DNA of 64,000 nucleotides, taken from IMG/VR virus record IMGVR_UViG_3300017971_007886, positions 1-64,000 of that record. One strand, 5' to 3'. The translations under genes and the position numbers were made by a program. Every line of letters begins with the position of its first letter. The first letter of the stretch is position 1. Shown one piece after another: positions 1 to 8,172 of this stretch. The notes beneath the pieces were generated by a model. It did not search any database and had not been told where the DNA came from. It worked only from the letters and a program-made list of their open reading frames with translations. The DNA comes from a virus.

Positions 1-18
1 AAGTACGGTCGTGATGCC

Positions 19-246
19 GTGGACCCCGAGGAGCTGATGAAGAGGTTCCCCAAGTCCGTGCGGAAGTTGCCTCCTGGCCTCATTGTTCAGGCAATGGAGG
101 TGGACATGCCCCTCTTTCACAAGTACGTCGAGGAAGGGAAGCTGCCTGAGAAGGCCCTGACCTTGGTACAACGCGGAGACATGAAGACCACGCAGGTCAC
201 GATCCAGGATCGGTCCAAGACCGAGACCTCATACACGGAGGAGTGA
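19..246 (+). CDS. hypothetical protein (probably 5'-truncated by window edge)
   Basis: ORF with genome-typical codon usage, abutting next ATG at 248. Confidence 0.5.
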   Translation: MDPEELMKRFPKSVRKLPPGLIVQAMEVDMPLFHKYVEEGKLPEKALTLVQRGDMKTTQVTIQDRSKTETSYTEE

Positions 247-247
247 C

Positions 248-679
248 ATGCCGCTTCAACCCAAGGTGAAGTTTCAACCAAGCAGAAAGAAGAAGGTGAA
301 GAGCCGGATCGGTAGAAAGATACAGACTGGCAGCCACGATACCGAGGTAACCATCACCGACAACCCTACAAAGGAGGTGCGGTCGAAGACCCACAAGCGG
401 GGCAAGATCACCGACCTCCTGTCGAAGTACCAAGCCCTGGCTGACAAGGCCGGTGTGGACGTTGGTACCATGATGAAGACCCTACCGAGGGGTAGCATCT
501 CCCTGGAATCGGTCTTCTCTGAGGACTACAAGAGTGTGAAGGTGCGAGTTGGCTTGGAGATGACCTTCCCCGCGTTTGATCCCAAGACGGCCCAACAGAT
601 GTACGACGACATGGCAGAGAAGGTCGAGTACATCGTTGCCCAGAACCTCCGCGAAGCGCGTGAGGCCGCTGGAATCTGA
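248..679 (+). CDS. hypothetical protein, basic N-terminus
   Basis: 143 aa ORF with GGAGGAG RBS. Confidence 0.6.
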   Translation: MPLQPKVKFQPSRKKKVKSRIGRKIQTGSHDTEVTITDNPTKEVRSKTHKRGKITDLLSKYQALADKAGVDVGTMMKTLPRGSISLESVFSEDYKSVKVRVGLEMTFPAFDPKTAQQMYDDMAEKVEYIVAQNLREAREAAGI

Positions 680-682
680 AAT

Positions 683-718
683 GGACCGATTTGACTTTTT
701 GGATCGGTTCTATAATGT
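683..718 (+). promoter_or_regulatory. sigma70-like promoter (GGACCGAT-TTGACT-N16-TAATGT; TATAAT at 711)
   Basis: TTGACT at 691-696; the same GGACCGATTTGACT 14-mer recurs at 24259-24272. Confidence 0.55.
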
Positions 719-846
719 ATGAGTCCGGTTGTTGGATGGGGGGCGCTCCCCGCCGATGACCAGGGGGCGTCTCAACTCAGGCATGGTAATCCCTCCCCCC
801 ACTGTGAATGGTTGGGACGCCCCCGCTTCTTTGCGCGGGGAACACA

Positions 847-1668
847 ATGAACATTCAAGACCTACTGCTGCTCACTGAAATCAGTGATGCGGCAAAGTTG
901 ACCTATTTGTTGATGGTAGACAGGAAGGCGAAGGGTCAGGCCCTTCGACGTGACGAGATAGAGAAACAACGTGGCATCAAACGTACCGCGTACTTCGATC
1001 ACATTCGAGAACTTCGTCGAGCTGGTCTGGTGAAGCCAGGATCGCTCGCGTTGGAGCTTGAAGATAGTTCGGAAAAGCGGACTCAAAACACTACCTATGA
1101 TCCTAGATCAGATCATTCTAATAAGAAGAGAGTAATAGGTAGTGTTTCAGTTCGGAAAACCGGACTCGCATCAAAACTCGAAACTCTGGAAGCAGAGGCG
1201 ATGGATAGAGCTACGAATCGCACACGCGCCGATGGTGGTCGAGGCATCGGTATTTCAGTCAAGAAGATGGAGGCGGCGTGGGAGGCTGCCCTCGAAGAGA
1301 AGACCAAGCCGAAGGATCTTGGACCTCTGGCCCTACTCGGAATGATGCGGGCCAAGTACAAGGGGCACTTTGGTCGGAGGTTCCTTCAAGACGGTAGCCA
1401 CGAGACCGGCCTGAAGCTCTACCAACAGATGATATTCTATCTGAACGAGTACGGTGCCAAGGAAGTGCATGATGCCATCCTGGTGTTCTACTCACACGAG
1501 CGGGGGTTGAAGTGGTTGCAGACCCGTCCTCCCGCCTGGTTCCTGAATCAGTACAATTTGGAGAGGCACGTCCTCCCTGTTCTGTCTGCCGTTCGCCACG
1601 AGAAGGAACGGACCAGGTACAAGGGGGATGGCTACAAACGAATCATCAAGAAGAAGAAGAAGGGGTGA
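847..1668 (+). CDS. phage replication initiator (N-terminal wHTH)
   Basis: HTH-like N-terminus (ISDAAKLTYLLM...IRELRRAGLV), internal repeats, directly upstream of DnaC-like and DnaB-like genes. Confidence 0.65.
   Translation: MNIQDLLLLTEISDAAKLTYLLMVDRKAKGQALRRDEIEKQRGIKRTAYFDHIRELRRAGLVKPGSLALELEDSSEKRTQNTTYDPRSDHSNKKRVIGSVSVRKTGLASKLETLEAEAMDRATNRTRADGGRGIGISVKKMEAAWEAALEEKTKPKDLGPLALLGMMRAKYKGHFGRRFLQDGSHETGLKLYQQMIFYLNEYGAKEVHDAILVFYSHERGLKWLQTRPPAWFLNQYNLERHVLPVLSAVRHEKERTRYKGDGYKRIIKKKKKG
1066..1167. repeat. putative replication origin: two 19-bp iterons flanking an AT-rich core with a 13-bp inverted repeat
   Basis: AGTTCGGAAAA(G/C)CGGACTC at 1066-1084 and 1149-1167; AAACACTACCTAT 1086-1098 pairs with ATAGGTAGTGTTT 1135-1147; three GATC in between. 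Confidence 0.65.
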
Positions 1669-1671
1669 GCG

Positions 1672-2301
1672 ATGCAGTCGATACTAGAAGAGAGTGAACT
1701 CAAAATCCCGTTACTGTACCGAAAGGCTGAGAACGCCCTCAAGTGCAAGAAGGTGTTTCGGGATTTGGTGACGGAGTACCTGGCCGATCCGGTGACGCGA
1801 CGAATCGAGAACCAAGGCATCCTTCTGTCAGGGTCTCCTGGTACAGGGAAGACTTGGACAGTATGCGCTTTGGCGAGGACGATGAACAAGGTTGCCGACC
1901 GTCGCTTCAACATCGTGTTTCAGGATTCGTGCGAGTTGGTCGAGCGCATCTATGGTCGAGGCCCGCCTTTGTATGTGGCCTCCCGTGGTGAGAACTACGA
2001 CACCGTGATCGAGACCTGCTCTCTTCTCATCTTGGATAACCTAGGCCATGAGGTGCGTGTGGGCGAGGGCGAGAAGCTGGTTGTGTCCAAGATTCATCGT
2101 CTACTTCGGAAACGTCTTGGTCAGAAGAAGCTCACCTTCGTCACTACCAACCTCACGATACGAGACCCGGAGGACGATGAGCCTTCACAGCTTGAGGGGG
2201 CGTTCTCTGCTTCGATTGTCAGCGTTCTCGATCAGTTGTGCCCCTATCAGACTGCCCAGCAAGCCGGTGATGAGCGGTCGGACAAGGTGGTGCGCCTATG
2301 A
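1672..2301 (+). CDS. DnaC/IstB-like AAA+ helicase loader
   Basis: Walker A GSPGTGKT, Walker B-like LLILDNLG, VTTNL. Confidence 0.85.
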   Translation: MQSILEESELKIPLLYRKAENALKCKKVFRDLVTEYLADPVTRRIENQGILLSGSPGTGKTWTVCALARTMNKVADRRFNIVFQDSCELVERIYGRGPPLYVASRGENYDTVIETCSLLILDNLGHEVRVGEGEKLVVSKIHRLLRKRLGQKKLTFVTTNLTIRDPEDDEPSQLEGAFSASIVSVLDQLCPYQTAQQAGDERSDKVVRL

Positions 2302-3509
2302 ACTTTGAACTCGCACTCCTATCCAAGGTGATAGAGACGGGAGACATTCGGCCTCTGATACGTGCAGGTGTCACTGCCGACTACTTCTATGACCTGTCGT
2401 ATCGTGAGCTGTACCTCGCGTTGATCGAACACAACTCCAAGTACGGAGAGCTACCGTCAGAGGAGTACCTGACGGAGATGTTCCCAGACCTGGAGCTGGA
2501 AGAGGTTGGGGACTCTACCGAGTCCGTTATCGAGCGTGTGCAGGAGAAACGGATCTACAACGAGTTGGCCTACATCTTGGAGAAGGCCACCGAGGATGTG
2601 AGGATCGATCCCTTCGAGGCGCTTTCCACCATCCAGAAGAGAATCACCAGTGTCTCCTCTTTGATTGGCAAGGAGGAGGACTTCGACATCACCAAATGTT
2701 CGGAGGAGGTGAGGGCAGAGTACCTTCGGATGAAGAGGAAGCGAGGGCACGTTGGTATTCCTTGGCCTTGGCCGATACTGAACGACGCCACACAGGGGAT
2801 GCACCCAGGGAACTTGATCTTCATCTATGGCCGCCCGAAGTCGATGAAGACGTTCACGCTTCAGTACATCGCGAACCATGTTCACGCGAAGATGCAGAAG
2901 AAGATCGTGTTCTCGTCTCAGGAGATGGGCGTACCCGACATTCGACGACGTGGCGTGTGCTTCTTCTGTGAGTTGCCGTACAAGGACTACCGGGCAGGTA
3001 CCTTGACGACACGGGAGGAGCGAGAGTTCTTCGACAATCTGGCTGCGTGGGAGGAGAATCCTCCGTACATCGTCACCCGGTTGAAGGGTCGGGGCGAGGA
3101 TGCAGTCAATGAGTTCGAGGCCAAGTTGCGTGACCACGAAGCCGAGGTCGGCTTCTTCGACGGTGTGTACCTATCGGGTGAAGCAAAGTGGGAGTCGATG
3201 GTTGAGATCACTCGCGGTCTCAAGCGTGTAGCTCAGAACTTGAAGATCCCGATCCTGGGTACCGTACAAGAGAACCGTCAGGGGCAGACCGCCTACTCGG
3301 ATTCGTTTCTACAGGATTGTGATGTATTGCTGAGAACCGTAAGAGGGAAGGAGGAAGAAGAGAACGACGAGATCATTATCCAGACACCGGCATTGCGTGA
3401 AGCGAAGTTGAACGGGTTCGCCATCACGGCGTTGCCCTGCACATCATTCGTCCAGAAGTACAGTGTTGAGGACGAAGAAAAGCGAGCTGATGAACAGTTC
3501 GTTGACTGA
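2298..3509 (+). CDS. dnaB: DnaB-like replicative helicase
   Basis: GRPKSMKT Walker A, SQEM, FFDGVY, LKRVAQNLKIPILGTVQENR, AYSDSFLQDCD. Confidence 0.88.
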   Translation: MNFELALLSKVIETGDIRPLIRAGVTADYFYDLSYRELYLALIEHNSKYGELPSEEYLTEMFPDLELEEVGDSTESVIERVQEKRIYNELAYILEKATEDVRIDPFEALSTIQKRITSVSSLIGKEEDFDITKCSEEVRAEYLRMKRKRGHVGIPWPWPILNDATQGMHPGNLIFIYGRPKSMKTFTLQYIANHVHAKMQKKIVFSSQEMGVPDIRRRGVCFFCELPYKDYRAGTLTTREEREFFDNLAAWEENPPYIVTRLKGRGEDAVNEFEAKLRDHEAEVGFFDGVYLSGEAKWESMVEITRGLKRVAQNLKIPILGTVQENRQGQTAYSDSFLQDCDVLLRTVRGKEEEENDEIIIQTPALREAKLNGFAITALPCTSFVQKYSVEDEEKRADEQFVD

Positions 3510-3529
3510 CCTATTCAAAGGAGAGAGCA

Positions 3530-4651
3530 ATGGTTACTACCCAAGTCACAACGACGATGAACAAGACAATGGGGTCTCGTGCAATGGAGATCCTACAGGA
3601 CAAGATTCACAAGGGGAGGGAGACGGCTGCGGCCCTCATTGAGAAGATCGAGTACGAGTCCCCAGAGGACGCTTTGGTTCGCGGGGCGAAGTTGTCATTC
3701 GGTACCAAACAGCTTGACGATAGGTATGTCGTCGAGGCCCACTTCGGGAAGAAGAATGGGCATGGGAAGACCCTTCACAGGAACGCCATCGCACAGTTGG
3801 CCGAGCGGGGCGGTATCCATGCCGGGTACCTCCGTGGTCTCATCGAGGACAAGCTGTTGTGGAAACAACAACTCGCCGCCGAGATTCTGAACGAGCACTA
3901 CCACCACGACCTGGCCGCCGAGAAGCGGTACCTTGCCAGGTCGGTGCATGGTCAGTTGCGGGGGTGGTTGAGTGACAAGTACCGCCGCCTCGACAGCCGC
4001 CCGCTGGTGGACACGTTTGCCAGAGAGTGCCAGTCGGTTGGGGCAATCCCTTACGAGGGGTCATGGTCGGATACGCGAGTATCCCTCAAGGCTGTCCTCG
4101 ACCAAGTGTTCGAGCCCGTCCCTGGTGAGGCCATCGCACTCGGTATCGAGTGGTCCAACAGCGACTTTGGGCGGGGTATCCACGCCCTGCGGGCCTTCAT
4201 TCTCCGGGTGTGGTGCTTGAATGGTGCCACGATGGAGAACGCCCTCGGTCAGGTACACCTTGGCCGACAGCTCACCGATGACATCGAGTTGAGTCAGCGG
4301 ACGTATGAGCTGGACACCAAGGCGAGTATCAGTGCCTTGAGTGATGTGGTCCGAGGAGTCCTGGCCCCACCGAAGGTTGATCGCATCCTCGACAACATCC
4401 GTCGAGCCGAGGAACAGGAGATCAACTGGAAGCAGGCCAGTGCCGGGTGGTCAAAGAAACTCCTCAAGAGTGAGATGGAGCTGGCCAAGGAGAAGTGGGA
4501 GGACGATGGCGTGACGGACCTGCCTCCTCGCAAGACCAAGTGGAAGAAGTCCAATGTCCTCTCTTGGCTCGCCAATCGGGCCGATGACGAGGACCGGAAG
4601 ATGGAGCTTCAACGGATGGCCGGGGAGGCGTTGACCGGGGTGAGAGACTGA
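3530..4651 (+). CDS. DUF932-like phage/plasmid protein
   Basis: LSDKYRRLDS, NSDFGRG, RVWCLNGA, HLG motifs. Confidence 0.65.
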   Translation: MVTTQVTTTMNKTMGSRAMEILQDKIHKGRETAAALIEKIEYESPEDALVRGAKLSFGTKQLDDRYVVEAHFGKKNGHGKTLHRNAIAQLAERGGIHAGYLRGLIEDKLLWKQQLAAEILNEHYHHDLAAEKRYLARSVHGQLRGWLSDKYRRLDSRPLVDTFARECQSVGAIPYEGSWSDTRVSLKAVLDQVFEPVPGEAIALGIEWSNSDFGRGIHALRAFILRVWCLNGATMENALGQVHLGRQLTDDIELSQRTYELDTKASISALSDVVRGVLAPPKVDRILDNIRRAEEQEINWKQASAGWSKKLLKSEMELAKEKWEDDGVTDLPPRKTKWKKSNVLSWLANRADDEDRKMELQRMAGEALTGVRD

Positions 4652-4890
4652 TGGGCATCTCTGACCTCCGTTCCTTTGATGAGAGGATGCAGGCCCTCGG
4701 CCTCGCCATCCTCACACAGATGAAACAGCAAAACGTGAACGAGTGGCGGATACCGTTGACGAGGGAGAACATGGACCTCATTCGGCTTCGGTCGGATGGG
4801 TCTCAGTCTGCGGTCGAGATGTTCATCGACGACAGGCAGGATTGCCTCGTGGTACGTGCCATCGTTCGGAAAGGGAAAGACAATGGGTGA
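4651..4890 (+). CDS. hypothetical protein
   Basis: TGATG-coupled ORF. Confidence 0.5.
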   Translation: MGISDLRSFDERMQALGLAILTQMKQQNVNEWRIPLTRENMDLIRLRSDGSQSAVEMFIDDRQDCLVVRAIVRKGKDNG

Positions 4891-5377
4891 GATGGCTGAA
4901 ATGGCTTTAGACGGTACCCTGTGCCAAGTGTGTGGACAACTCTTGCTTGGTGAGGACGAGAGCCCTCCTGGGTACCCTCAAACGTGTGGAGGGTGTCGGG
5001 CAGAAGGGGAGGGCGATGACTACGATGAGGAGTATGCTCCTGACAGGTTGGAGCTTGGTGAGGTTGTAATTCGTGACGGAAGGTTGGAGTGCCCAATTTG
5101 CCACAGGTTGGATTGTCTTGGAGACCTTTGTTGCGTGGAGTCCACAATGCCTGCGGCAGAAGGACGCACTTGGGAGAGCCTGGGTGTAACAGTGGTGCAT
5201 GAATGTGGGGGTGAAACAACCATGCCCCCTTTGAAGGTGCTTCCTGTCACAGCCGGGAATGGTCGTGTGAAGCAAGACCTTAGACTCACTTTCGTACCTT
5301 GTTGCCTGATTCAAGGCGAGAGAACTTTGGAGCTAGTTGTTGCTCCAGGCCCTACTCTTCGTTGGTACGAGGTATAG
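4883..5377 (+). CDS. hypothetical Zn-ribbon protein
   Basis: MGEMAEMALDGTLCQVCG...CGGC; CPICH. Confidence 0.5.
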   Translation: MGEMAEMALDGTLCQVCGQLLLGEDESPPGYPQTCGGCRAEGEGDDYDEEYAPDRLELGEVVIRDGRLECPICHRLDCLGDLCCVESTMPAAEGRTWESLGVTVVHECGGETTMPPLKVLPVTAGNGRVKQDLRLTFVPCCLIQGERTLELVVAPGPTLRWYEV

Positions 5378-5587
5378 AAGGAGAACCAATGGGCAGTGAT
5401 ATTGGTCCCAACAGGGACATCTTGACCGAAGAGGGTGATGGCATCTGCCGTTCAGGGTGGATTGCGGACGTAGCCGCGAGGTATGTCGTCACCCACGGGA
5501 AGCTAACCAAGGAAGTTCTCGAAGAGAGGATTCAACCCTCCTGGATCGTGCTACGCGATTTCTTGGAGTGGAAGACAGGAGAAGAAG

Positions 5588-6034
5588 ATGGATGAGTTGC
5601 AAATCAGGGAGCCCGAGTTCGTAGAGATCAAGGCACTCGATCTCGACAACCCGATGAGAGGATTGTCTCGGCTGCGATTGGGGTCACTCCTCATGGAGTA
5701 CAACAAAGCAGTGGTCGCGTACTACGACAACGTTCGTGAGGTAGGTGATTGTCGCAGGATCGATCCTACCGAGGACGACGGTACCGGTACCGATCAACAG
5801 AGAGCCCTTCGGGAACATGCCCCGTTGCAGAAACTCCTTTGGGCCAAGGTGTCCTTGTTCAATGGGGAGATTCTTCGCAGGGTGTACGCCGGGAAGGATG
5901 TGGCCATTCGACTGCTCGAACAGATGCGAGCCTATGTCGAGGACCAGGTTGCGCTGGACGCCTCGGTACCCCCGACCGAGGAGGAGTTGAAGGCCGAAGC
6001 GGAGGCAGCGGAGAAGCCCCCGTTCAACCAATGA
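5588..6034 (+). CDS. hypothetical protein
   Basis: 148 aa ORF with AGGAG RBS. Confidence 0.55.
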   Translation: MDELQIREPEFVEIKALDLDNPMRGLSRLRLGSLLMEYNKAVVAYYDNVREVGDCRRIDPTEDDGTGTDQQRALREHAPLQKLLWAKVSLFNGEILRRVYAGKDVAIRLLEQMRAYVEDQVALDASVPPTEEELKAEAEAAEKPPFNQ

Positions 6035-6042
6035 GGTGAGAG

Positions 6043-6996
6043 ATGAGTTATCGTGATCTGATAGAGCAAGTCCTTCACAAGGCCGGTGCCAAAAAGGTGA
6101 AGGCCACACATGAGGGGTTCGTATGCTGTTGTCCGTTCCACGATGACTCATCGCCCTCGTTTGCCGTCAGTGAGGAGGGGGCATACATCTGTTACTCCTC
6201 CCACTGCGGCGAAACGGGGAACCTCTACAACCTGCTCACCAAACTTGGTGGGTACTCTCACTCTGAAGCGTTTGAGCTGGTACGTTCCCTTCCAAGGTCT
6301 GGGGATCTCAGTAAGGCCGGGTTGCTTCCTGCCTATGAGGACCGCCGAAGGAGGCCCGCAGCCACAGTTCTGGATGAGTCCTTGGTCAGTATCTACCGGG
6401 CCGCCACGCCCAAGTACATGCTTGACCGTGGGTTCTCCGAACTTACGTTGCGGGCATTCGATGTTGGGTACGACCGGGAGAACCGCCAGGTTGTGATTCC
6501 TGTACGTTCACCGCAGGGGAAGTTGGCCGGGTTCATTCGACGTAGTATCGACAAGGACGCACACCTCCGGTACTACGTTGATGTACCCAAGGAAGGTCGC
6601 AGGGGTATCCTCTTCAACCTCCACAAGGTCGAGTCGAGAGAGGGCATACTGGTTGAGGCGACGTTGGACTGTATGTGGTTGTGGCAGAAAGGTCTCAAGA
6701 ACGGTGTTGCACTACTTGGTGCCTCCCTCTCGAAAGAGCAGGAGAAACTGATCAAGGACCGATTTGACACGATCACCCTAATGATGGATAACGACCGAGA
6801 CGGGTTGGCCGCCACGGAGAAGATCATTCCCCGACTTCGCCGCTGGGTGGATGTTTATGTCTCGGCCCCGTTCCCCACCGGAAAAGATGCACAAGACAAC
6901 ACGGGGTTGTCCCTGTGGCAGTGTTACGAAAACCGTGTGCCCGCGTTGCGGTGGTTGGTTGACCGTAGGGTACATAGCAAAGGAGAGATTCAATGA
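6043..6996 (+). CDS. dnaG: DNA primase (CHC2 Zn finger + TOPRIM)
   Basis: CCPFHDDSSPSF...CYSSHCG; ILVEATLD; MMDNDRDG; GKDAQD. Confidence 0.9.
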   Translation: MSYRDLIEQVLHKAGAKKVKATHEGFVCCCPFHDDSSPSFAVSEEGAYICYSSHCGETGNLYNLLTKLGGYSHSEAFELVRSLPRSGDLSKAGLLPAYEDRRRRPAATVLDESLVSIYRAATPKYMLDRGFSELTLRAFDVGYDRENRQVVIPVRSPQGKLAGFIRRSIDKDAHLRYYVDVPKEGRRGILFNLHKVESREGILVEATLDCMWLWQKGLKNGVALLGASLSKEQEKLIKDRFDTITLMMDNDRDGLAATEKIIPRLRRWVDVYVSAPFPTGKDAQDNTGLSLWQCYENRVPALRWLVDRRVHSKGEIQ

Positions 6997-7961
6997 GACG
7001 AGGCGGATTTGCGAGAGTTCGTCAGTTGGCGAAGGAGCAGAAGGAGCGTCTTGGCGACGGCGAGTTCGCCCGGAAGCTCATCTTGAAAGACGGAGAGACT
7101 GCCGTTGTGTGGTTCACTGGAACCGCCGACGAGCCCCACATCTTCAGACGGCACTACCACCCGACGTTCGGGTATTTCTATTGTGCAGAGAAGAAGTGCG
7201 TGGCCTGTAACGAGGCGGCGAAGGGTAGCAAGGCGTTCAAGAAGGGTACTTCGATGGCCGCCTTCAACATCGTGGACACTCGCTGGTTCCACAAGATACC
7301 CAGGAAGAACGAGGACGACCGATACGACTACGTGCTCTGCGATGAGGACGCCAGTTGTAAGTATTGCCGCAAGAAGGTCGAGAGGATTCGTGCCGGGAAG
7401 CGGTTGGCAGAGTTCGCCCTCACTTGGGGTGACGCCCTCGGTGCCCAGGAGGAGAAGATCAACAAGAAGTGCGCTTCCTGCCACACGGGGAAGATTCGCG
7501 TTGTCGAGTACAACTGCCCTGAGTGTGGAGAACTTCTGGACTGGGCACCCGACCCGGATATGGAGGAGAGTGAGCAGATCATCAAGTGCGGTGAGTGCAA
7601 GAAGCGTGTTCGCCCGATGGAGGTGATCGAGTGTACCAAGTGTGACGACCCGGTACGCGGTAGCATCTTTGAGTACGGGTGCCCTGTCGAGATCACTCGG
7701 TCGGGCGAACGGAAGAACACCAGCTACAACTTCAATCCGGTGTGGCCGCCCGAGGAGCCCGAGGATTGGGTCATGGCTGATGACATGAAGCCGTTCGACT
7801 TGGAGAAGAAGTACAAGCAGATGGTGATGTCGCCCTCTGCGATGGCTGAGAAGATCGGTGTCGTCAATCCGTTCGACGAGGACGAGAAGGCCAAGGTCGA
7901 GGAGTATGAGCAGGCCAACCCGTTCGACGACGACGACGATGACGACGACGAAGTATTCTGA
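6993..7961 (+). CDS. single-stranded DNA-binding protein (gp32-like, multi-CxxC)
   Basis: Lies between primase and polymerase; ITRSGERKNTSYNF; acidic tail DDDDDDDDEVF. Confidence 0.7.
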   Translation: MRRGGFARVRQLAKEQKERLGDGEFARKLILKDGETAVVWFTGTADEPHIFRRHYHPTFGYFYCAEKKCVACNEAAKGSKAFKKGTSMAAFNIVDTRWFHKIPRKNEDDRYDYVLCDEDASCKYCRKKVERIRAGKRLAEFALTWGDALGAQEEKINKKCASCHTGKIRVVEYNCPECGELLDWAPDPDMEESEQIIKCGECKKRVRPMEVIECTKCDDPVRGSIFEYGCPVEITRSGERKNTSYNFNPVWPPEEPEDWVMADDMKPFDLEKKYKQMVMSPSAMAEKIGVVNPFDEDEKAKVEEYEQANPFDDDDDDDDEVF

Positions 7962-7973
7962 GCACTACCAAGT

Positions 7974-8155
7974 TTGGTCCACAACTGCGGGGCGAAACCA
8001 CTTGCCCTGTCGAGCGTGGGAATCAACCCAAGTCTATGGAGCACAGGCGAGCCGGGGCGGTAGCTGCCGGTCATAATCCCTTCGATGGAACAGCCGATGG
8101 CAATGAAGTAGGCGAGGACGTGCGGTGCCGGGAGTGGAGACCCGGCGTGGACCAA
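7974..8155 (+). ncRNA. candidate structured RNA
   Basis: Closing 9-bp stem TTGGTCCAC/GTGGACCAA and internal hairpins such as GCCGGG-AGTGGAGA-CCCGGC in the SSB-polA spacer. Confidence 0.4.
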
Positions 8156-8172
8156 TTCAACGGAGAGAGCAC

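Noticed and set aside
7974-8155. tRNA or tmRNA gene
   Set aside because: No TTCGA T-loop or cloverleaf spacing; retained only as a generic structured RNA candidate. No tRNAs were recognised elsewhere.
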